64,000 nucleotides of DNA from Podarcis gaigeae (Eukaryota), in NCBI GenBank assembly GCA_964106915.2, contig OZ066915.1. One strand, given 5' to 3'. Below the pieces are notes generated by a model that saw only the letters and a list, made by a program, of their open reading frames with translations, was not told the DNA's origin and did not search any database. Of the stretch, positions 36,986 to 50,350 are shown in pieces. The translations under genes and the position numbers were made by a program. The number at the start of each line of letters is the position of its first letter. The first letter of the stretch is position 1.

Positions 36986-39900
36986 CTAGAAGCCAGAGAG
37001 AGAGAGAGATTGATCTATTAATTAAGAAAAGGGTTGTCATCCCACCAGTAAAAGGGGATGAGCTACAGAAGCATTTCTTCACTCTAAGGACACATCGGAA
37101 GCAGGCGCTGGGGGAGAAATTAGTTTTAATGCGAGTCTACCTGATGCTCACTTCCTAAAATAACACACAAACCAAAACACAACTATCCTACTCTTTCTGA
37201 ATGGCGTGATGCACTTCTCCAACCAAAAATAAATAAATAAAAAGAGGACAAAGTATATATTAGGGAAAGTGTGTGCAAAATACTTAGATTAGTGAAAATA
37301 ATATACAAAAATGATTTCTATTATAAGGGAAAGCTGCACCCCAAAACACAGCGCCAGATTCAACTAACCGGAAGCATGAGCAAGGACTTCTGCCACTGCA
37401 ATGGGGCTTCCCCCTCCCACAATTTGGGTCTATGGGGAAGTTGGGAGAATCCCCAGAGAAGCGCTCAGGGGGAGGAGAGGGGAAATTGATGGAACAATCT
37501 GGTTAGTGCTCTGTGGAAACCTCCCTCATATAATAGGCAAACACATGTACAATTTTCATGCGGACTTCAAAAAGATTGCACACATACTTTTGTGGAAATG
37601 AGGAGAACTGAATTTGAGATCGAAAGAATGAGTAATGAAGAAAAAACAAAATGGACAGATTTGCCCATCACTAGGCAAACTCCCACTGGACTGACTTTCA
37701 GGTGGATCCTACATGCCTCGACTGCAGATCTTATGCAATACCCATCTACAGGATTCTGAATCAGCACTTTACCCTCAAAAAGTAGGGCACCCTGGGTTAA
37801 CTGGAGCAGTTTATAAAAAGGCTACAGTGAGCTTGAAGATCTGCAGCAGACTAGAGAGCAGCACGCATTAACTCTGCTAGACGGAAGATCCCAGGATACT
37901 GAACTCCTCTTAACAAGTCTATTTACTCCATGCTGCCATTTATCACATTTCTCCCTTGCCGTTTTTGATAAGCTGCTTGATGTTTTTGTCAGAACAGGAC
38001 CAAACCCTCCACTTTCAAAGTGACAACCTGTGAACTACACGGAAATGCCTATCGCTTTCCTCCTACACGGAGCTGTTCTTATGATCCGAATAATCCTCAA
38101 GCTGCTGCACTCCACAGCGCTCTGTTTCCACGGTGTGCCTCTTCTGATCTCTGTTGTGTATATTAGGGATGTGACTTTTCAGAATACGGCCCTCTTGTCC
38201 TCCACCACCCAGCCCAATTTTCTTTCTGCTCAAACTGCAGGAGAATTTAACAAAGATGTCTTGGAGGTTGCATGAGATGTACAGATACCCTTCCGCATAT
38301 GGTCTTCAGTACACCTTTTCACACATGCCTGCCATGATGAAGGGGAAAAATATATATATATAGAAGCATTGGTAGCTGCAGAAGTAGTACTTTGCTGTCC
38401 ACCTTAATCTACAACCACAAATCAAATTAATAGGTTTTTTTAAAACAGTATAAACTTTTATTATAGGTTGGGTGCAGAATTGTACGGAGACAGTTGTCCT
38501 TTGTGGAAGTGTACGCCAGACCTGTGATCTGATCACATGTGACAGGAGTGGGAAGGGAGACAGCAGAGGGCTTTGTATCCCACTTCCATAGCTCAGGCAC
38601 TGGACCATTCTGCTGCAATTAAAGGAGAACTGCTGGTTCAGAAAAAGAAAGCCTCAAATGCCAAGCATTTATGCACATGAACAGGCTTCTGAGGCAAAAG
38701 CAAACCACTGCGGGTGCCGGCTATAGCAGAGACGCAGCAGCTATCTGGAAATGAAGAGACCAGGCATGAGCTAAAAAGTTTTCAGTACTGCGGTCCCCTC
38801 TAACGTTGCTTTGGGACAAATTTAGCTGTAATGCGTCTCCCAGCGGATCTTTTTCACCTAGAAACACCAGCTTATGCAAGGATGCTACACACACTCTGAT
38901 CATCAGTGTTCTAGAAGCAGGAAAACTGAAAATGGGGGCAGGGAGCATGGCTGCTGCACTGCAGATGTTCAAGCTAGTGAAATCCTTGGGTTGGTCAACA
39001 GTGTGCCCTCCAGATAAATGTTGGACTCAAACGCCCATAATCCTGGGCCACTGGTCATGCTGGCTGAGGCTGATGGGAGATGGAGTCTAACAGCACCTGA
39101 AAGTTGCCATGTTGCCTGCCCCATAAGCTTATTCCCAAACCATTCTATTTCATCTGCTCCTCCTCCCTTTCTCTAATTCAACTAAGGGTATTATTTTACA
39201 ATCGTTCATGCATTTGGAGACATGCTAGGGCAGTGCTTTTCCATGAATCCCGGGCTTCCTTGAAAGCTCTGTTTTGTCAATGAGATCCACTGTGTACAAG
39301 TGTTTATAACATAGCTATCGGGAAAGCGTTGAGGGCATGAACTGAATGCACCCTACAATGTGTGACAACGTAGGCCAACAGTCCTAACCAGGACCCTGCT
39401 TCAACTGTGTGCAGACCCTAGCACCTCCTCATAAAGAATCTTCTGCAATACATAGAGGTTCCTTGACACGCAAGTAAATATGAAAAATTAGAAAGCTGTT
39501 GAACTAGAGCAATGGGTTTCTCCTTTGGGGTTTATTTTGGAGAAATGTGCCTACCTGCACTTCATATTGCTTTCTATGCAAGCGGTGAGAGGGCTACATG
39601 CATGCTACATGTACTTTAACTCAAAAATTACCTTCACGGGAATCAGTGGCACAAGTGCCATAGCTGAGGTTTTATTTTATACCTTCCATCCCATCAAGGT
39701 GGCTCCACAGAGCCCTCAAAGCAGCTAATCATGGCAGAAAATGAAAACGATGGCTTGGATCCCAATAGCCCTTTGTGCACCATCCAAACAGGTCCTGCAA
39801 AGCTGCAGGAGATGCTTCTGGAAGGACACAAAAGGGTCTGCACACCCAGGAAGGTGAGAGCGGGGAAGCCCTTCGGCATGAGTGGAACTCTGCTCGCAAT

Positions 39901-40447
39901 TCCTTGGATCCACTTAAAATTGGGAGTGGGAGCATCTCCAGATGTTGGTGAACTCCAAATCCCATCAGGCGCAGCCAGCATGGCCACTCATCGTCGGGGG
40001 CAATGGGAGCTGTGGTCCATCACTATTTGGATGGCCACACGCTCCTCTTCCCTGACTTAAGTTAAAAGCCAGCAGCATCAGGAAACCCAAAACTCCATCT
40101 AGCAGTTCCTGCTGCTGCAACCTAAAGTTCCAAATAACTTGTTAATCTATAGGCCTCAACATGCAAAGGCCCACTGAAACAAAAGAAGTCTTCATTGACC
40201 TTCTGAAAACGTGTGAGGTGTATGTCAGAAAAGCAAGAAAAGGATGGGCTAAGGACAAAGGGGGAACTGCAGATTGCAGGCAGGAGCTACTAGGAAAACT
40301 CCTTGCATAACAAAAATTCCCTGCAAAGGCATTCAAAGGATCCTGGCTTTTGCAGAGAACGAAAACGGAAGCAGCAAGTTTAGACTGCAGAATAAAGAGA
40401 CACCAGTAGTGCCACAAGTCGGTTTCATCAACAGCTTGCATCCAGAG

Positions 40448-40921
40448 CAGCAATTGCCAACCTTTTAGGACCAGGGGGCACATTTTTAATTCACTGAGTG
40501 TGCAGAGTGCTCCAGTCACAAAATAGCTGCTTTTAGGGTGGGTGGGGGTGGCATAACACAAAATGGCTGCCACAAGCCGCATGGCATAACACAAAATTAG
40601 AGAGAAAGCCACTCCTGGCAAGCTTATGATTAACATGGGAAGTCAGCTAAGTCCTGCTCATCCTGATTGTGAGATCACACAATATTGATTTTACACACAC
40701 ACACATATAGATGCTACCACTGTCTAGTAGCAACAAGATATGTTCCTCAGTACCAGGAAAAATATACAAAGTGGCCACACCATACTCACTCTTATGTCAC
40801 AGGAATTGCTTGGAAGGTTTTGCCCCATAGCTTTCTTTTAATGAAAGTTCAGAGTCTTGGGCATCAGTGAAAATGTTCATGGGCACCATGGTGCCCACAG
40901 TCACTGACTTGGTGACCCCTG
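40448..40921. mobile_element. hAT-like non-autonomous element, degenerate
   Basis: cagcaattgccaacc...ttggtgacccctg ends; flanks atccagag / acttagag (imperfect 8-bp TSD). Confidence 0.45.
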
Positions 40922-41084
40922 ACTTAGAGCAATCCATTTCCAAGGTTCAACAAATTCAAAGCAAATGTAAGAGCTGATGAAAAAGAAGAAACAAGCATTC
41001 CCAGTTTCAGACAAAATGCCTCCTCCTTGCTATAAAGGCATGGGACCCAATGAACAACAGCTCCATCAAGTAGAGGCAGCTTAC

Positions 41085-41174
41085 CTGTGGCAGAACGATT
41101 GTCCTGGAGTTATCTGCCCACACAACTTCCACTTTGCTGCTGAAATCCACACGGGCCACCTGACCCACAGAGGG
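41085..41174 (-). CDS. UBE2O: UBE2O exon 13
   Basis: ccgtag|CCC...CAG|gtaagc; PSVGQVARVDFSSKVEVVWADNSRTIVLPQ; 90 nt. Confidence 0.96.
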
Positions 41175-42145
41175 CTACGGAAACAAACACAACAAGCCTT
41201 AGAGCCAGCTTAACTCGACCTTCTAGAATACCAGCAGTTAGCAACTACTTTCTTCAAGTGAGTAGAGCGCGTAAGCAAGGAGGAGGAGATCAGCAGAGTG
41301 AGCCAAGAGAAATTGTAATGATTCCTGCTGCTGCTGCTGCTGCAATTGTACGGAGGGGGACGTCATGTGCAGGACATTTCCCAAACAAATCCACCTCAAA
41401 GACAGTGAACTGTACATTAAAACGACCTCAGCGCTACTCATCTCCAGTCTCTCTGAAGAATCAATTTTTAAAGTATTTGACAGGGCTGCCATCTTGCGGT
41501 GGATTGAGGAATTGGCGTTTTGAGCCTTTCAAACCTTTTCCCCCTCGGCAGATGGCGTCTTTATGTGGTTTCCTCACAGAGATGATCCATGCTCAACCTG
41601 AATATATACTGAACATGTTCACAATAGGCTGTCTCTGTCACTTGCTCAGCGATGTTCAATACGATGCCAGAGACGAGACTTTAAAAAGCCCAATTAAAAT
41701 TGTACCCGAAGCCGAGTAAGTCTGTGTTCATCAGCTGTTTAGAAGTTTCAGGTCTGCAGATTTCTCTACACAGCTTCATTACTGAAGAAGGCAATTAGGA
41801 AGAGGCATGATGGCCTTTTAGGCTATTAATTCATGCATGTATCATCTCTCCACTCAAATTATGTAAGCTTTACGCTTCTGCAGCCGATAGATTCCGATGA
41901 CCTCATTGTTACGTTCCGGTTAGCTATTGCATCTGCTACAAGGGGAGGACCTCAGTTCTATGTATGTGCCGAAAAAGAATAGCCTCTCTTCTTCTAGAAA
42001 GTGTGCAAGGATGCATGTCTATTAGGAACACTAAGCAGGACAAGACGGTCTATCCCCTTTTCAGTCCAAACCAAGGCACAGAAGAATCTGGCAACTGCAT
42101 TTCCCCGTCCCGCAGTATTAGGCCTCAAGGAAATGCAAGACCTAC

Positions 42146-42274
42146 CTCATTTTCACCAACTGAAGCACCATCCTCAGCATTGCCAATGCGGATCACAAAA
42201 TCAGTCGTGCGGAAGCGGAAGTCTGGGTGATCAGCGATGTCATACACACTGACATCCTCCTCCTCCCCAATCAG
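42146..42274 (-). CDS. UBE2O: UBE2O exon 12
   Basis: tgccag|CTG...GAG|gtaggt; LIGEEEDVSVYDIADHPDFRFRTTDFVIRIGNAEDGASVGENE; 129 nt. Confidence 0.96.
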
Positions 42275-42949
42275 CTGGCAAAGAATACACCATGTTTAAG
42301 ACCAATCCTTGTTCAGATTTTCCAATTCCTAAATGCTTCCAAGAACAACAGCCTGAAACTCAAGACATTCTGCTCAATGCTGCTACATTGAGATATCTGG
42401 TTCAAGGCCTCATGCATATATAATCTTTAAAAGAGCTCTGAAGAGTTGACTAAAACAGGTAGGCACTCACAACTTTTACCACACTGCGATGGAAGATTCA
42501 GAACAAGAAACCTCCACGTGCATTTCCAAAGTGGTAGAGTCAGGTGAAAGGAGGACTGTACAGTCCTGTCCATCTGCACCAAGCTCTAACCTTCTACAAT
42601 ACACTCATTCAGGGCTCCTGTTCTCCCCCACATGGCACCAAAACAGAGGATGAGAACAAATCAATCTGCCCAGGTTAACATTTAACATAAAGGAGGATCC
42701 AGTAAGAGGATCTGAGAGTATCCTCTCAGGTTAGGAGTGGTTACTTACACCTAACCTTGATCTGGCATTGAAAAAAGATAAAATCCACATTAGGGTTTAT
42801 TGGGGAAAAGATTGGAAAGGAAAAAAGTCAGCGCAGTATCTATCACTTTTAAATACAGCTTTTCCAGTATACTGAAGTGTACTGTACAATGAATAAAAGT
42901 CCACATAAACATAATAAGGGCACACAAGACGAGGACCTTTGCTTCTTAC

Positions 42950-43062
42950 CTCAACATCATCTCCACTAGGCCTCAACTTGAACCATTTCACCACACAGGT
43001 GCGGCCAACATGGTCACCTGACTGCACCACTCCATACATCCCAGGATCCTGAGAACCCTGTG
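42950..43062 (-). CDS. UBE2O: UBE2O exon 11
   Basis: aaatag|CA...GAG|gtaaga; (A)QGSQDPGMYGVVQSGDHVGRTCVVKWFKLRPSGDDVE; 113 nt. Confidence 0.94.
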
Positions 43063-43183
43063 CTATTTAGGGTTGAAGAAAGAAGACTCCAATAAGAGAG
43101 AGCAGCATACTGAAGCGTCAAATCCTCTTTCTCTAGAGGCTTAGGCAAACAACAGTGGGAAAAGGACTAATATTCCACCAGGA

Positions 43184-43630
43184 TTAGAATAATAGGATTG
43201 CAAAATTGGAAGGCACCCCAAGGGTCATCCAGTCCAATTGCCTGCAACGCAAGAATCTCAACTAGATCAGGCATGTCCAACAGGTAGATCGTGATCTACC
43301 AGTAGATCACTGGACGTGCATAGTAGATCACTGGCTCCCCCCAAAGAAGCTCAATAACTTTGGCTCCCCTAAAGAGGCTCAACATTTTAGCTCTGCACCC
43401 CCTCAAAAAACAGTGCTTTTTTTCCTCCTCCCTAAAAAAGCTCAACAACTTGACCTGAACCCAAAAAAAGGGGGTAGATCACTGCCAGTTTTTAACTCTT
43501 GTGAGTAGATCGCAGTCTCTTGGGAGTTGGCCACCCCTGAACTAGATCATCCATAACAGATGGCCATCCAACCTCTGCTTAAAAGCCTCCAAAGGAAAGA
43601 GAGTCCACCACCTCTCATGGGAGTCTGTTA
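43184..43630 (-). mobile_element. CR1 3' end interrupted by a hAT MITE
   Basis: ttggaaggcaccccaagggtcatccagtcc...gaatctcaactagat[insert]catccataacagatggccatccaacctctgcttaaa matches the reverse of 1720-1850. Confidence 0.8.
43268..43539. mobile_element. 272-bp hAT-type MITE nested in CR1
   Basis: CAGGCATGTCCAAC...GTTGGCCACCCCTG; perfect 8-bp TSD AACTAGAT (43260-43267 / 43540-43547); repeated GTAGATC subterminal motifs. Confidence 0.9.
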
Positions 43631-44319
43631 TGGACTGGAAGTCTCTTAATAGATAAGTAGAAAGTATAGGCAAACACTTACTTGCGCTCCTTGGGTGATA
43701 TTCAACATGGAATTAAGTGGATTGTTTCCCTCTCCTCCCCCTGTGCACCCACTAAATCTGGTCTGAGGGTTCCCCCAACTCTCTGGAGCAGATTTGGGGA
43801 TAGCATGGGGCACACATAGGGGGGAAATCACACTGCGCTAGTGCTAATCCTATTTAAATGAATACAGCCCCTTTTCCTTTCATCTATGGTCCACTAATGA
43901 AAATACTGTATGGAGACAGATTTTAGACACAAACTGAAGAGTGGCTTATTTTCTTTGGAGAAATTCTATCTGCCAAATATAATAGGCACAGTTGCCATAT
44001 TGTATCTGAGGTACTTGGTATCTCAAGAGGAGGACTACCTGTATTTTTTTTAAAAAACACCAGGATAGATCAATTTACAATATGGTGAATAGGCAAAAAC
44101 ACCTTTCACTACTGCCTGAATACGAAGGGTGCCACATTTTCCAATTTATTACTTTAACAATTGTGAGGGTCAAAGATCATCAACAAGATAAGATTCTCAG
44201 GAAAAATGGTAAAAGCGGACAATGTTGGTGTTATTACATTCAATGTTATTGGCAGTCTAAAGATCAAGACTCAAAACACAATTGTAAAGGTGAAAAACCA
44301 TGCACATCACACCAATTAC

Positions 44320-44474
44320 CTCTTTTGTCCACAACAAAATCCCCAGGGCAAAACTCATTGTTGTCCAAGTGATGGACAGGAAACAGCTCATTGGAACGAA
44401 TGGTTTTCTCCACTGTGCCATCCTGCCACATCACATCAGCTGAAGTCATCGTGGTCACCACTTCCACAGCAACC
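44320..44474 (-). CDS. UBE2O: UBE2O exon 10
   Basis: tcacag|G...AGAG|gtaatt; (R)VAVEVVTTMTSADVMWQDGTVEKTIRSNELFPVHHLDNNEFCPGDFVVDKR; 155 nt. Confidence 0.97.
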
Positions 44475-45008
44475 CTGTGACCAAAAAAGGCAGCGAATTA
44501 CAGAAGATGCCTCCTACAGCAAGTGGAGTCAGACAAAATGGGGCCTTCTGATCCCACCAATAGCAGTCACATCAGATGAAACTGGATCCTTTCAACTATG
44601 TGCTTCAGCAGCTTCTGTTCTCATCAAGCACCAACCATTGTGCTATCTAACTGGGAAGAACAAGTGGCCCAAAATGTCTCAAGAATGCCCTTGGCCAACT
44701 GCTGCAGAAAACATTCTGGGTACCATTAATTTCTAAAAAAGCTTTTATATATATTTTTAGGCTTGAAGGACACGATTCAAGATGAACTTGCAATTTTATC
44801 TAATTGGCTGGAAGCAATGGGTAGTGACTAACAGATAACCTAGTTGTCCGTACTGTATGTACTTGATTTTAAACCACCTTATAGTCAAAATGGTGAGGCA
44901 TGTCTATTGCCTCACAGCTTAATTTCCCCCTCTTTTTCATGGTGGTAAAAGAGGGTGGACTGACATCTTACAGCTGAATGGGCATGACACTGCAGCTCAT
45001 ATACAGTA

Positions 45009-45204
45009 CAGTGGTACCTCGGGTTAAGAACTTAATTCGTTCTGGAGGTCTGTTCTTAATCTGAGGTTCCACTTTAGCTAATGGGGCCTCCTGTTGCCGC
45101 CATGCGATTTCTGTTCTCATCCTGAAGCAAAGTTCTTAACCCAAGGTACTATTTGGGTTAGCGGAGTCTGTAACCTGAAGCGTCTGTAACCCGAGGTACC
45201 ACTG
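45009..45204. mobile_element. Tigger/pogo-like MITE (CAGTGGTACC TIR family)
   Basis: TA|CAGTGGTACCTCGGGTTA...TAACCCGAGGTACCACTG|TA. Confidence 0.92.
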
Positions 45205-46307
45205 TACTTCTTAAAGCAGGAGTGGAGAACCCTAGGCCAATGGTTTAAACGTAGTCCCCCAAGCCTCTCTATTTGCCCTTCCTTGGGACTCTTCACAGGC
45301 CTCTCTATCTCCCCTTCCCAGCCACATCCAGTACTGGCCCTTGACTGTGTTTGTCTGGATAGAATGCACCAACCAATGCGGATAATGCTTTTTTCCTTCC
45401 CTTGATGGAGGATACATAGGAGTGTGGAGTGTATGTGTAGCGACTGTATAAAGAGTAAGTGCTACCTTTCTTTATTGCTCTGTCCTCCTTGACTCCATTT
45501 CTGAGGTGCAGGGATCTGGAGCAGAGCCCCCTCGCCCCACCCCCACATCTCATCCTCCGCCCCGCCAGCTGACGCCCTCCGCTTCATGCCTTCCATTGGC
45601 AGCGGCCCGGATGCTGAGACCGAGGAAGAGCTCCAAGTCACCAGCTGCAAGCTCATTCAGGCCCCTGGGATCCTCCTGAGCCCCCTCAGCATATTTATTG
45701 TGGCCTCTTTCTCTCTCCTGCCCGGTGGACTCGACTACCCACCCTGCTTGCTCCCCTCATTGGCCACCATTGCCACCATGTTGGCCAAGGTGTGGATGAA
45801 GAAGCTGGAGGAGCTGGTGGAGGACGGGCTGTGGCACTGCTGGACTTCCCAGTTGGTCTCTACACTGAGTGCAGCAGAAACGCCAGAATGGAGAAAATTC
45901 TACTCTTTCCAAAAGTGTTTTTTAAATCCCCACATATATTGGAAGGCAGCCGTTTATAAGGCTGCAGTAGAAACTGGGGTTTTGGGTTATTTGGTCCCAG
46001 AGAATGGGAAAAGGCAGCCAGACTGGTGCCTTTAATTGGGTTAATTTTATTCCTTCTACAGAGATCTGTGAGACCTGAATTCACACACTTGCCTCATACT
46101 GGGCATCCATGGAGTCATCACAGTTTGCTCTTTGCATTTCTCTTGAAACATGAACATGAATGTTCTACACAGGCCGTCAAACTAAAAACCCATCCTGATG
46201 AGGTTGCACAAATCCTTGTGCCACGGACATTTTAAATACGCACTCACATTTGACTGTGAAAACTCAGAACTGGCAGGATTTAACGGCATGTTTAAGGGCA
46301 GCCTTAC

Positions 46308-46816
46308 CTGTCGCCTGGCTTAAACTCGCGGGAAACCTTGGTTTTCTTCTTCTTATGCTTCCTCTTGAGGTTTTTGATGGAGAGTGGGATACTCTTCTTG
46401 CGCCCTGTGCCACTGCCGCTTTGGGAAGAGGCTGTGGAGCTGGCAGAAGAGGTCACAGAGCTGGTGTCGTCTGTGTCATCTGCTGCTTCGTCGTCAGCAT
46501 CCTGTTCTATTGACTGGAGCTTGTAGTCTGAGGAGCCATCATTCCGCTTCAGAACAAATGGTGGTTGCAACTGCAGCCCAGCTGCTTCGCAAGGGACGCC
46601 TTTTCCCGTTCCATCAAGGTGCTCTTCCTTTACTTCTTGTAAGCTTACAGCATCATGGGCAGAGTCCTCTAGTTCACATTTTAAGCCGGCTTTAGGTTCT
46701 TCAGATGGTTGGTCACCTGCTGCAGCAGATTCTGCTTCAGGGAGTTCAAGGGCACCCTGCGAGTCTGGGGATATCGACATGATCTTCACTATCTGCTTCT
46801 TCAACAATCTCCTCAC
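46308..46816 (-). CDS. UBE2O: UBE2O exon 9 (acidic/Ser-rich linker and basic NLS-like stretch)
   Basis: ctgtag|GTG...GACAG|gtaagg; VRRLLKKQIVKIM...DDTSSVTSSASSTASSQSGSGTGRKKSIPLSIKNLKRKHKKKKTK...FKPGD(R); 509 nt. Confidence 0.97.
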
Positions 46817-49099
46817 CTACAGAAAATAAATGATGGTCAACAGATGCAGCCCAAGATGTAGGAAGAGTTTTAGCCAGAGCTAATCATGCTGCTGAGTTGA
46901 GGAGATGAACGGTTTTGTATTCTAAGCAATCCTTGGACTCTATTTTCCTTTAGCATTTTGGCCCTTGAGTTAAGACGGCTTTCACTGGAAGACTGATGGG
47001 CAAGTCTTCCTTGCTAGCCCAGAGTTCTCTACAGGAGTAGTGACCACTCTATTGAGAAGCAACAAGCAACTGGGTTGCATCCAGCAATCTTGTCCCATTA
47101 GCAGAAGGACTTTTGCCTGTACACTTGGCTCAATTCAAAGGACTTCCTTGCCCAGAGCAGATATTGGGGGGGGGGCACAGGGGGGAGAGGAGAGGGAGAG
47201 GGAGTCCTTTTGCATAGGCAGAGGGGTCCTTGTACCAACATTACTAAAACCCACAGTGGTTATGACTGGCTGACCCAGGAAACACCCCCGGCAAGCCATT
47301 TCTAGGTTTCTCCATCAGAGTGACTCAGTTCTGGATGTCGCAAAGCAGGTCCAGCCCACTAAGAAGAGCAATGAAGACAAACCAGCATGACAACATTATG
47401 TCACTTTCAGGTGTCCAAGGTGAAGCGGATAAAAGCACAAGTAGCCAAAGGCCACAGAGGCCTTGAGAGGCCAGCATGGGGCCAGGAAAATACAGTAGGA
47501 GGAGAGTGTGGAGGAAGAGAATTTAAAAGTTCATTAGCTGTAAATGCACTGGTGAAACACAACAGTTCTTGAGACATTCTTAAGAAGACCTTATTAATAT
47601 ACTATGTTGCCCAGTTGGGACTCAGTTGCCTAGCCTTCTTTACAATGTACCTCTCTCACCTATTTTTTTTTTTTAATAGCACCATTACTATGGTTTTCTG
47701 TTCAAACTTATTTCTTAAGTATGTTTATTGGCATTTAGCAGAAATTGCACTGCAAAAAGTGGCAGGAACAAGTCTCTGAAGTCGTGAAGCTATCCTTGCT
47801 TTCCAGGTGGAAGATTAACTTTTTTTAGGAGGACTTCATATCCACCAACACTACATCTAGCTTCATAGCAATAAATCTAAAGCCATTATACCTTAATGTT
47901 AAGTCGTGGAGGGAATACAAAGATTCAGCTATGATTAAATATAAAACTGAAACCTTATTCATTAGTCAAAGCCAGCAGAGCACCGTCCCCAACAACAGTA
48001 CTCCCCACTAGATTTTGTTCTCTTTCCACCCAAGAGCCACTCACCCCGACAGAAAGTTTAGTAATCAATTTATACATTTAAACCCCCCCCCCCAACTCCT
48101 GTCACTCTAGTTTAGGGACTGAGAACGTCCAGCCTGTGGGCAATTTCCCCCAAATTGCACTCACTTGCCCCACACCTGACATTATATGCGCAATCAGGTG
48201 TGTGGCAGGTATAGACATGGCTGGATTGGAAGAGCAACCGACTTTCCCAATGGGGAACTGCAGCTGATCCCTGCAGAAAGCAGGATTGAAGTCACTGCCC
48301 ATCAGCTAGTTTGTGGTGACAAGTATCAATATAAAAACCTAAGTTCTTGGGCTCATTACAGTCTATAATGTGTCATAACTGACACAGGCAATTCAGAGTA
48401 TTGTCATGTCAACACATACCAACACAGAGAAAAGTGAGGTTCCCAACTGTGTTTCCCTCATATTGCAAATACAAAAGGTGGGGGGAAAGAGAAGAGGATG
48501 TGGGGGGGAGAATCAGAAAGCGGAATACTTTAAACATTATTTTTCTGCACCGTCAGTTCTCCCCTGTAAATGCGCAACCCAGATGTTAGTAACTGGTTCC
48601 CACATATATCCTGCCAAGTTTCAAAACCAGAAGTAAGTCCTGATGCGGAGAAAATTCCCTAGGAGGTACTTGCACAAGAGAACTTCCAGGTTTAGGAGGC
48701 ATTTATGCTCTCCTCCCTCCCTAGGTGTCCTCATGCCTACAATCCTCTCACTATAGCAAATAAGAGCTTAGAAACCTGGATGGTAATATTTAGTTGCACT
48801 AACTGGAGTGGATACCATTTAGGTTGCCTCCATTGAGTTCTGTAACAAAGGAAATAAGCAGCATCTAAGGCAGCCATGAGAGGAGAAAACATGTCAGTTA
48901 TTCCAGACACTGCCATCATCAAGGGCAGGCCATGCTCCTGTCTCCAGGTGATAAGATATTATCTACTTCTATGCAAAGCACTGTTGTCAGGGGAGCAAGA
49001 CCTGCCAACACGCCTTCGCCTGGTGGCCTCAACCAGCAGGGGCCTCCTCTGTTAGGATGGGGAGATAAGTCTTGCTGTGAATATTATACAGATTTCAGT

Positions 49100-50350
49100 T
49101 AAAACATGCACTTTCCTCCTGGCATATCTCTATCACGCGGACGGACATGAATCTTATTATTACTAATTTAGAAGATTATCAAAATTATACAAAATGAAGT
49201 TAGAATTGGCTAAGCTGTTCTTAAAAAGGTTAAGATAACCTTTCCCTGGAGGAGGAATTATGGCACTTAAAAAGAATGACACCTACAAATAGACTCTTCT
49301 TAAGCAATGTGGGTTTATCTAGAAAGAGATCCACAAATGTCAAAATCTGCTGATGAGTTTACATGGAAAAATAAGCTATTTAGAATATTAACAGCCTTTT
49401 TGGAGGAAGGTGGCATTTGAATGCTGAAATTGGAGAAACTTAGCTACCGTACAGGAGGAAGTTCAAGGCTTTTAAAAAACAGATATAGAATAAGTGTTTA
49501 GTACAGTACCTTTTCAGGCTTTACGTTGGATACGAAACAAGGACAGGCCATCTGCAATATTAAACACCACAGTTTTGGTATTATTGATGAAAGCATGGGA
49601 ATATTTAAAGAGGAAAATTAAGTCCAAAGAAATGATTCACAGTTTGATTGCATCTTATTCATATTTTAACCCAAAGGGGAGATTTAGAAAATTTTGGTTC
49701 CGTTTTCTTAGAAGTAAATTCTGATTTTGTAGGAAAAAAATACCACTATAGTGACACATGAAACCACTTAACGCAGGCTGCTAAACTAGTGAGCTAAGCA
49801 GACAGACAACCATGTTTCGTGGCCTGTCAGACGCTTAACAACCTCCCTCAAAAAGATCACAAAAACAGGGGGTTAATTGAACCTATGGTAAACCACTATT
49901 AATGCCTGTAGACTGCACTTGGTTGGATCTGCAAGCAGGATTAAGGAATGTAGTCCTCACAATTCTCATTAAAGAAATACCGTAATGAGAGACACAGACC
50001 TACCTGTTACTAACAGAGCTAAGCAAATTGCACTATGAACAGCTGGGGTAAATTGTCCATAAACTAAAACTACAAGGGCAGAAATGAAACTTAGCACGTT
50101 ATTACAACAAGACACTGGAAGATGCTAATAAGCTGTCCCATCCAAGTTAAATAAGAGCATTCTTTAGAAGTATGTGAATTTCCATATTTTGTTCATTATT
50201 AACAAATATGTTAAACTCTTTTTCACTGTCAAAAGTAGCTGCTAGAATGGTATACATCTGATAATGGAAAGATACCAAAACCCTCAATATATTTGAATGA
50301 CTATTAAAGTGAAGATATTTAGCAGTTGTAAGTATTCAGAAGCTACATCC
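49100..50350 (+). mobile_element. Highly degenerate L1-clade ORF2 fragments
   Basis: A-rich; broken translations EFTWKNKLFRI...EEGG and AARMVY..WKDTK resemble the L1/Tx1 ORF2 C-terminal half; boundaries uncertain. Confidence 0.4.
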
